Program-made: the position numbers and the translations under genes | Part shown: in pieces, positions 57,633-64,000 of the stretch | Layout: each line of letters starts with the position of its first letter | How positions within the stretch are numbered: the stretch's first letter is position 1 | Notes under the pieces: model-generated | Seen by the model: the letters and a program-made list of their open reading frames with translations, nothing else | What the model was told of the DNA's origin: nothing | The model's database searches: none | NCBI GenBank assembly: GCA_040877915.1 | Contig: JBBDNA010000006.1 | Location: 128,524 to 192,523 of the forward strand | Origin: Dehalococcoidia bacterium | Lineage (GTDB): Bacteria; Chloroflexota; Dehalococcoidia; SM23-28-2; RBG-16-64-32 | Direction: 5' to 3' | DNA: 64,000 bases

Positions 57633-58411
57633 TGGACTGCGACCAGATCGCGGAGCTGCTGGACGCCTACTCGCTCGGCGTCGCCGAGCCAGACGAGGCG
57701 GCGGCGATCGAGGAGCACGTGGCCGACTGCGTTCGCTGCTGGTCCTCCCTCAGCGAGGCGCAGCAGGCGGCCGCCTCCCTGGCGCTCTCCTCCGCCCTCC
57801 AGCGCGCCCCCGAGCTTCTGCGCCGCCGCATCCTGTCCGAAATCGACCGCGCGGACGAACCTGTCCGCGATCGCGTTGGCGCAGGCCGGGTCCTCGCCCG
57901 GCTCTGGCCGGTCGGCGCCGGCGCCCTGGCCGCAACGGCTGCGGCCTCGCTCGTCTTCGCCGTCGTCCTCCAGTCCGAGGTGAACGACCTCCAGGACGAG
58001 AACGACTCTCTGGCCTCCGAGGTCCAGCAAGCCGACAGCCTCATCTCCGACCAGCGCCAGATCATGACCGTTTTCGGCGCACCCGACATGCAACAGGTGA
58101 CCATGCAGACCGGCGAGGCCGGCGCCCCAATCACGGCCTCCTACCACTGGAGCGCCGACTACAAAGTGGGCGCCATCCTCTGCGATCAGCTCCCCGACCT
58201 CCAGAAGGGTGAAGTGTACAAGGTCTGGCTCCTCTCCGGCGACGAGCCTCAGGAGATCGATAGCTTCTACAGCTGGGACGGCATTGGGCCGTTCAGCCTG
58301 GAGCACGTCGAGCGCCCCGCCGCGGGCCCCGTCTCCGTCGGCCTCAGCATCGACGACGCCGACGCCCCCCGCCCCGGCCGGATGCTCCTCTGGGCCGACC
58401 TCTCGGACTAG
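57632..58411 (+). CDS. Anti-sigma factor (zf-HC2 / RskA-like)
   Basis: HVADCVRC zinc-binding anti-sigma motif, one TM helix, C-terminal domain; ATG overlaps the sigma stop. Confidence 0.85.
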   Translation: MDCDQIAELLDAYSLGVAEPDEAAAIEEHVADCVRCWSSLSEAQQAAASLALSSALQRAPELLRRRILSEIDRADEPVRDRVGAGRVLARLWPVGAGALAATAAASLVFAVVLQSEVNDLQDENDSLASEVQQADSLISDQRQIMTVFGAPDMQQVTMQTGEAGAPITASYHWSADYKVGAILCDQLPDLQKGEVYKVWLLSGDEPQEIDSFYSWDGIGPFSLEHVERPAAGPVSVGLSIDDADAPRPGRMLLWADLSD

Positions 58412-58437
58412 ACCCAACGTAATCCACTGGTGCCCGC

Positions 58438-58491
58438 TTGACAGACGATCGGCGCCTATGTGATACTCCGTCTCACTGATACCGAGTATCA
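58438..58491 (+). promoter_or_regulatory. Promoter with two tandem Fur-family (Zur-like) boxes
   Basis: TTGACA (58438-43), N18, GATACT; TGATACTCCGTCTCA (58461-75) and TGATACCGAGTATCA (58477-91) 15-mers overlap the -10 and leader. Confidence 0.7.
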
Positions 58492-58495
58492 CATC

Positions 58496-58927
58496 ATGAC
58501 CGAACTCGAATCCGTCATCCGCAGCATGGAGGCGCTGGGCCACAGGGTTACCCCATCGCGGGTCGCCGTCATCGCCGCCGTGCTGGGCCAGACCGGCCAC
58601 TTCTCCGTAGACGACCTGGGCCGCCAGGCCCGCGGCGTGGGCCGCGCCACCGTCTTCCGCACCGTGCGGCTCCTCACGGAGCTGGACATCGTCTGCCGCG
58701 TCCTCCTGGAGGACGGCAGCCTGCGCTACCGCGTGAGCCGCCACGGCCATCACCACCACCTGGTGTGCGTGGCCTGTGGCCGCGTCCAGGACCTGGACGA
58801 GTGCGCCGTGGGCGACCTGGTGCGCGAGCTGGCCGCGAACACCGAGTACACGATCGAAGGGCACTGGCTGGAGTTCTACGGCCGCTGCGCCGAGTGTCGC
58901 AGCGGGACGCTGGCCGGCGTTCGTTGA
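58496..58927 (+). CDS. zur: Fur family regulator, probably Zur
   Basis: RVTPSR, HFS, RATVFRT, HHHHLVCVACG, C-terminal CAEC; heads a znuACB-type operon. Confidence 0.8.
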   Translation: MTELESVIRSMEALGHRVTPSRVAVIAAVLGQTGHFSVDDLGRQARGVGRATVFRTVRLLTELDIVCRVLLEDGSLRYRVSRHGHHHHLVCVACGRVQDLDECAVGDLVRELAANTEYTIEGHWLEFYGRCAECRSGTLAGVR

Positions 58928-58944
58928 GCCGGAGGGAGCGCACC

Positions 58945-59865
58945 GTGACCCCGATACTCCGCCCCACCCTGGCCGTTGCGGCCGTTCTCGCCATCGCCTT
59001 CGCCGGTTGCACGACTGACGACGGCGCCGGAGGGGACCGCCTCACCGTGGTCACCACCCTGCCGGTGTTTCAGGACATCGTCGGCCGGATCGGCGGCGAG
59101 CGCGCCGATGTCTCCGCGCTGTTTCCCGCCGGCTCCGACCCTCACACCTACGAGCCGGCGCCTCGCGACGTGGCCGGCCTGGCCCGCGCCGACATCGTCA
59201 TCTCCAACGGCCTGCATCTGGAGGGAGGGTCGACCACCGATCTCATCGACGCCAACCTCAAGGATGAGGCGGATCACGTCCGCCTGGGCGAGAAGGCGGT
59301 AGAGGCCGGCGTCACCGTCCTGGAGTTGAACGAGGGCGGGCGCATCGAGGACGACCCCCACCTCTGGCTCTCCGTCGACAACGCCCGGCTCTACCTCCAG
59401 GCTATCCGCGACGCCCTCATCGACGCCGACCCCGGCGGAACCGAAAATTACCAAACAAACTACGACGCCTACATGGCCGAGCTTGATGGGCTCGACGGCT
59501 ACGTGAGCGACGCTCTGGCCGCCGTCCCCGCCGACCGCCGCAGCCTGGTCACGACGCACGACGCCTTCGGCTACATGGCCGAGTACATGGGTTTCGAGGT
59601 CCTGGCGTTCGTCGCCGAGAGCCCGGGCCAGGAGCCCAGCGTCCAGGACGTGGCCCACCTGGGCGAGGAGATAGAGGGTTCGGGCGTGCCGGCAGTGTTC
59701 GAGGAGCCCCAGCTGGGCGCCGAGACCAGCGTTCTGCGGCAGGCCGCCTCCGACGTGGGGGCGGAGGTCTGCACCCTGTACAGCGACTCCCTGGACGACG
59801 ATGTCGCCACGTATATCGACCTCATACGCTTCAACGCCGACGAGCTGGCCCGCTGCCTGGGATAG
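58945..59865 (+). CDS. znuA: Zn/Mn ABC transporter substrate-binding lipoprotein
   Basis: Lipobox FAGC, DPHTYEP, DPHLWL, HDAFGY. Confidence 0.8.
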   Translation: MTPILRPTLAVAAVLAIAFAGCTTDDGAGGDRLTVVTTLPVFQDIVGRIGGERADVSALFPAGSDPHTYEPAPRDVAGLARADIVISNGLHLEGGSTTDLIDANLKDEADHVRLGEKAVEAGVTVLELNEGGRIEDDPHLWLSVDNARLYLQAIRDALIDADPGGTENYQTNYDAYMAELDGLDGYVSDALAAVPADRRSLVTTHDAFGYMAEYMGFEVLAFVAESPGQEPSVQDVAHLGEEIEGSGVPAVFEEPQLGAETSVLRQAASDVGAEVCTLYSDSLDDDVATYIDLIRFNADELARCLG

Positions 59866-59870
59866 AAGCC

Positions 59871-60644
59871 GTGGAGGAATTGCGCCGGCCGGCCCCACCC
59901 GCCGTCGAAGTCGAGGGTCTGCACGCCGGTTACGGGCGGCACGTGGCCCTGGAGGACGTCACGTTCAGCGTGGAACTGGGCTGTCTGGCCGGACTCGTCG
60001 GACCCAACGGGTCCGGCAAGTCCACCCTGCTGCGCGTGATGCTGGGCCTTCACAAGCCCTGGCGCGGCGAGGTTCGCATCTTCGGCCGCGCCGGTAGTGC
60101 CGGCCGTCGCCGCATCGGCTACGCCCCCCAGGCCGAGCTGGTGGACTGGGCCTTTCCCGTCACCGTCCAGGACGTGGTGCTGATGGGCCGCTACGGCCGC
60201 CTTGGCCTCGTGCGACGGCCCGGCAAGCGCGACCGCGACATCGCGATGGACTCGCTGCAGCGCGTACACATGGCAGACCTGGCCGCGAGGCGTATCGGCG
60301 AGCTGTCCGGCGGCGAGCAGCGGCGCATGTTGATCGCCCGCGCGCTGGCCCAGGAGGCCGACCTGGTCCTCCTGGACGAGCCGCTGGCCGGCCTCGACGC
60401 CACCGCCCAGCACGACCTGCTCAACCTCCTGGAAGAGCTGCGCCGCGAGGACAAGACGCTGTTCGTAGCCACCCACGACCTCTCCTGCGTGGCCGCCAAC
60501 TTCGACCACGCCGTCCTCCTCAACCGCCGCGTGGTCGCCTTCGGGCGCCCGGCCGACGTGTTCACCGAAGACCTGCTCTCGGAGGCGTTTCGCCGCCACC
60601 TCCTCGTCCTGCCTGGCGGCGAGAGGACCCTGGTGGGCCCGTGA
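59871..60644 (+). CDS. znuC: Zn/Mn ABC transporter ATP-binding protein
   Basis: GPNGSGKST, YAPQ..VDWAFP, LSGGE, LLDEP, ATHDL. Confidence 0.8.
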   Translation: MEELRRPAPPAVEVEGLHAGYGRHVALEDVTFSVELGCLAGLVGPNGSGKSTLLRVMLGLHKPWRGEVRIFGRAGSAGRRRIGYAPQAELVDWAFPVTVQDVVLMGRYGRLGLVRRPGKRDRDIAMDSLQRVHMADLAARRIGELSGGEQRRMLIARALAQEADLVLLDEPLAGLDATAQHDLLNLLEELRREDKTLFVATHDLSCVAANFDHAVLLNRRVVAFGRPADVFTEDLLSEAFRRHLLVLPGGERTLVGP

Positions 60645-61495
60645 GCGAGCTGGTAGACATCCTCCGCGAGCCCTGGACGTTCGAGTTCATGCAGCGCGCG
60701 CTCACAGCAGCCGTCATCGTAGGCCTGGTCGCCCCGGTCGTGGGCAGCTTCGTCATCCTCAAGGGGATGTCCTTCATCGGCGAGGCGCTGCCCCACGCCA
60801 GCTTCGGCGGCGTCGCGGTGGCCTTCGTGGCCGGCTTCAGCCTGCACCTGGGCGGCGCTATCGCCGCCCTCCTCGCGGCGCTGGCCATCGGCTTCATCGC
60901 CCGCCGCGGCACCGTCCGTTACGACACCGCCATCGGCATCGTCCTCATCGCCGCCTTCGCCACCGGCGTGCTCATCGTCAGCCGCGAGAGCGGCTACGTC
61001 GTCGACCTGTTCAGCTTCGTTTTCGGCAACGTCCTCGGCGTCACCTGGACCGACGTCTACGTCACCGCTGGCCTCGGGGCGTTCATCCTGATCGCCGTGG
61101 CCCTGTTCTACAAGGAGCTGCTGTTCACCGCCTACGATCCGTCGATGGCGGCGGCCAGCGGCCTCCCCGTGGCCGCGCTGCAATACGGGCTGCTGGCCCT
61201 CATCGGGCTGACGGTTGTGCTGGCCCTGCAGGTCATGGGCATCGTCCTCGTCCTGGCGATGCTCACGGCCCCGGCCGCCACGGCCCAGCTCGTCAGCCGG
61301 CGCCTGCCCACGATGATGGCCATCGGCGCCTGTGTCGGCGCGCTGTCCGCCGTCGCCGGGCTGTATATCGCCTGGTACGCCGACGTCTCGGCCTCGGCCG
61401 CCATCGTCCTGACAGCCACGGGCTTCTTCTTCGCCGCCTTCCTGTTCGCCCCGGACAACGGCCTCCTCTGGCAGGCCCGCTACCAGCCCGAATAG
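60641..61495 (+). CDS. znuB: Zn/Mn ABC transporter permease
   Basis: FMQRAL, EALPHASFGG, DTAIG, LFSFVFGNVL, ELLFTAYDP. Confidence 0.8.
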   Translation: MSELVDILREPWTFEFMQRALTAAVIVGLVAPVVGSFVILKGMSFIGEALPHASFGGVAVAFVAGFSLHLGGAIAALLAALAIGFIARRGTVRYDTAIGIVLIAAFATGVLIVSRESGYVVDLFSFVFGNVLGVTWTDVYVTAGLGAFILIAVALFYKELLFTAYDPSMAAASGLPVAALQYGLLALIGLTVVLALQVMGIVLVLAMLTAPAATAQLVSRRLPTMMAIGACVGALSAVAGLYIAWYADVSASAAIVLTATGFFFAAFLFAPDNGLLWQARYQPE

Positions 61496-61577
61496 CCGTC
61501 CACGTATCACATTCGGCGCTTTCGCGCGTCTATGGGTATAGGTGTAAGCTTTACACGGAGGGCTTTCGGTAGTCGAA

Positions 61578-63011
61578 ATGACACAGGCGCCAGAGAAACA
61601 CATCGACCGCAAGGCGCGGCTGAAGATACCGCCGCAGCCTGTGCCCAAGCAGGACCCGTCGGAGCGGATCAAGAACTGGGACGAGGTCTTCCTGGGCTAC
61701 GCGCTCCCGTCCGCCAAAATCGAGGCCGAGCGCTGTATCCAGTGTCCGGCCGCCCCCTGCCAGAAGGCCTGCCCCCTGCACAACGATATCCCCGGCGCCC
61801 TGCTCAAGCTGGAGGACGGTGACATCGCCGGCGCGGCGGAGGTCTTCCGCGCCACGAACCCGGCCCCCGACATGTGCGGCCGCCTCTGTCCCCAGGAGGC
61901 GCTGTGCGAGGGCGACTGCGTCGTCGGCAAGAAGGCGATACCGGTGGCCATCGGCAAGCTGGAGGCGTTCATCGCCGACCAGGACCAGCTCGGCGGGCGG
62001 CCGGTCCCGGAGCTGCCGCCGTCCACGGGCAAGCTCGTCGCCGTCGTCGGCGCCGGCCCCGCCGGCCTCGCCGTCGCCGAACAGCTCGCCCTGCGCGGCC
62101 ACGGCGTCAAGGTGTTCGAGGCCTGGCCCAGCCCCGGCGGCATCCTCCGCTACGGCATCCCCAGCTTCAAGATGGACAAGCGCCACGTCGACCAGCAGGT
62201 CGATTACCTACACCGGCTGGGCGTCCAGTTCACGTACAACGTCCGCGTCGGCTACGACGTGACGATCGACGCGCTGTTTGCGCGCGGCTTCCACGCCGTG
62301 TTCCTGGGCCACGGCGCCGGCCAGCCCAACCGCCTCAACGTTCCGGGCGAGGAGCTGGAGGGGATCCACGCCGCCACAGACTTCCTCGTGCGCGCCAACC
62401 TGCCGCCGGAAGACCTCCCCGTCCACATGCGCGAGCCGCTCGAAGTCGGCAAGCGGGTCGTCGTCATCGGCGGTGGCGACACGGCGATGGACTGCGTGCG
62501 CTCCGCGGTGCGCACGGGCGCCGGCGAGACCCTCTGCGTCTACCGTCGCGGCGAGGCCGAGATGGGCGGCCGCGCCGAGGAGCGCGTACACGCGCACGAG
62601 GAGGGCGTCCGCTTCCTGTTCGAGACGATCCCTGTGCGCTTCGTCGGCGAGGAGGGCCACATACGCGCGGTGCGTTTCCAGCGCGTGGAGCTGGGCGAGC
62701 CCGACGAGTCGGGCCGGCGGCGACCCGTCCCCATCATCGGCTCCGAGTTCGACCAGGAAGCGGACACCGTCGTCGTCGCCATCGGCTACAAGGTCGAGAA
62801 GCTGATGTTCCAGACCACGCCCGGCCTGGAGGGGAGCGAAAGCGGGGCGATAGCGGCGACCGAGGACGGACGAACCAGCCGGCCCGGCGTGTTCGCCGCC
62901 GGCGATGCCGTCCGCGGCGCCGACCTCGTGGTCACGGCGCTGGCCGACGCCAAACGCGCGGCCGAGGGCATCGACCGCTACCTGCGGGAAGCGGAAGTGG
63001 CGGCGGTCTGA
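61578..63011 (+). CDS. gltD: Glutamate synthase small-subunit-like NADPH-dependent oxidoreductase
   Basis: EAERCIQC...CQKACP, CGRLCPQ..LCEGDC, VGAGPAGL, GGILRYGIP, IGGGDTAMD, YRR, GVFAAGD. Confidence 0.8.
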   Translation: MTQAPEKHIDRKARLKIPPQPVPKQDPSERIKNWDEVFLGYALPSAKIEAERCIQCPAAPCQKACPLHNDIPGALLKLEDGDIAGAAEVFRATNPAPDMCGRLCPQEALCEGDCVVGKKAIPVAIGKLEAFIADQDQLGGRPVPELPPSTGKLVAVVGAGPAGLAVAEQLALRGHGVKVFEAWPSPGGILRYGIPSFKMDKRHVDQQVDYLHRLGVQFTYNVRVGYDVTIDALFARGFHAVFLGHGAGQPNRLNVPGEELEGIHAATDFLVRANLPPEDLPVHMREPLEVGKRVVVIGGGDTAMDCVRSAVRTGAGETLCVYRRGEAEMGGRAEERVHAHEEGVRFLFETIPVRFVGEEGHIRAVRFQRVELGEPDESGRRRPVPIIGSEFDQEADTVVVAIGYKVEKLMFQTTPGLEGSESGAIAATEDGRTSRPGVFAAGDAVRGADLVVTALADAKRAAEGIDRYLREAEVAAV

Positions 63012-63015
63012 CGCC

Positions 63016-63370
63016 ATGGGCGCCTTTCGTGTGGTAATCGAGATAGGCGACGCCGAGGGTGAACGCTCACAGAGGGTTGAGGCCCTGGTGAACACAGGCT
63101 CCAGCGACACCGCCCTCCCCGCGTCGCTGCTGGCGGGACTCGGCGTGACGCCGCACACCAAGACAGTGTTCGAGCTAGCCGATGCCGTGAGATCGAGCTT
63201 GGCGTCGGGCGCCCTGGGTTCGGATAGACGGCCAGCAGGAGTTCACACAGGTTGTGTTCAGCATCGAGGGCACAGAGCCCATTCTCGGTGCGATCACGCT
63301 CGAAGAGATGGGGCTCGCGGTCGACCCGGTGAACCGACGCCTCATGCCCGTCCCGAAGCGCCTGATGTAG
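63016..63370 (+). pseudogene. Frameshifted clan AA (retroviral-like) aspartyl protease
   Basis: MGAFRV..EALVNTGSS (DTG changed to NTG); two 1-nt deletions near 63184 and 63213 restore DGREIELGVGRAWVRIDG...ILGAITLEEMGLAVDPVNRRL. Confidence 0.75.
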
Positions 63371-63435
63371 GCAGGCCCTTGGACCGACAGCGGTCCCGGC
63401 GGAGCTATTCGGCGGGTTCGGCGCGATTCGCGCCT

Positions 63436-63747
63436 CTATGCCTTGAGCTGCCTGCCCTTGACGCGGTCGCGAACGACACTTCCAACGGCCGCGCCGAGCG
63501 CGTATCCCCAGAGCACCTCACCGGCAGCCCAAAACAGTACGCCAACAGTGAAAATAGTCGGCACCGCCACAACGAAAGATGCCATGCCCGCCAGCAGGCA
63601 CCAGGGAGCCACCCTTTCACTCGGGGCCACGATCCCAGGGAGAAAACCGGCGCCAGCCAGAATCAACGTGGCAAGCGCCAGCTGGACGATAACGGGCCAG
63701 TCAGGGAATATCCAGGCAGCTTCGAGAACGTCCCACAGCACTACCAT
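63436..63747 (-). CDS. Small hydrophobic membrane protein, lower GC
   Basis: 103-aa ORF with three hydrophobic segments and a basic tail. Confidence 0.5.
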   Translation of the reverse strand: MVVLWDVLEAAWIFPDWPVIVQLALATLILAGAGFLPGIVAPSERVAPWCLLAGMASFVVAVPTIFTVGVLFWAAGEVLWGYALGAAVGSVVRDRVKGRQLKA

Positions 63748-63782
63748 CTATGCCGGTCTCCGGCTTCAGGATAGCACGGCGT

Positions 63783-63840
63783 CCTAGGCTCTAGGTTCTA
63801 GGTTCTCGGGGCGGTGAGGCGGGGCAGGGCCCGCCCCTAC
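63783..63840. repeat. Heptamer repeat (TCTAGGT-like x4) plus GTAG hairpin on minus strand
   Basis: CCTAGGC TCTAGGT TCTAGGT TCTCGGG at 63783-810; minus GTAG-GGGCGGG..CCCGCC overlapping the stop codon at 63837. Confidence 0.6.
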
Positions 63841-64000
63841 AGCGTCTCCATGTACTCGCCGATGGCGTCCAGACGCACCTTCTCCACCGCCACCTCCGGC
63901 GCGTAGACGATCTCGTCGGCGGCCCAGACCAGCGTGGGCTTCCCCCGCTTGGCCACGCCGATCACGCCGTTCAGCACCGTGCGGATGTTCTCGTTGATGC
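63837..64000 (-). CDS. 3' end of an unidentified protein (runs off window edge)
   Basis: INENIRTVLNGVIGVAKRGKPTLVWAADEIVYAPEVAVEKVRLDAIGEYMETL*, host-like codon usage. Confidence 0.6.
   Translation of the reverse strand, partial: INENIRTVLNGVIGVAKRGKPTLVWAADEIVYAPEVAVEKVRLDAIGEYMETL

Overview
High-GC (roughly 70% by eye) bacterial chromosomal segment. It is most likely Chloroflexota (Dehalococcoidia-like), inferred from gene content and not from a database search. It is mostly housekeeping and metabolic: gatCA, argS, recG, fakAB-like DAK2/DegV, rpmB, rpe, an argCJBDG..argH operon, nth, lemA-htpX, a ROK kinase, a solo groEL with a perfect CIRCE, gltB and a distant gltD-like gene, an erpA/iscA-like gene, an ECF sigma/anti-sigma pair and a Fur/Zur-znuACB operon. 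I saw no rRNA, tRNA, CRISPR array, transposase or integrase. The most notable signals are non-coding. (1) A candidate ribosome-mediated arginine attenuator lies before argC: a probably leaderless 27-aa peptide with a CGA-CCG-CGA-CGT cluster, a competing antiterminator and an 11-bp terminator. (2) A family of at least 13 intergenic hairpins has different but compensated stems and an invariant TTCA loop. (3) Short hairpin modules, twice exactly 24 bp, are nested inside other repeats, with a filled site and an empty site both visible in this window. Also noted: a vapBC module inside the arg operon, a protein with seven 22-residue repeats, an EVE plus low-GC trypsin-like protease pair, and a decayed aspartyl protease gene. 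Product calls come from motif recognition in the translations only.
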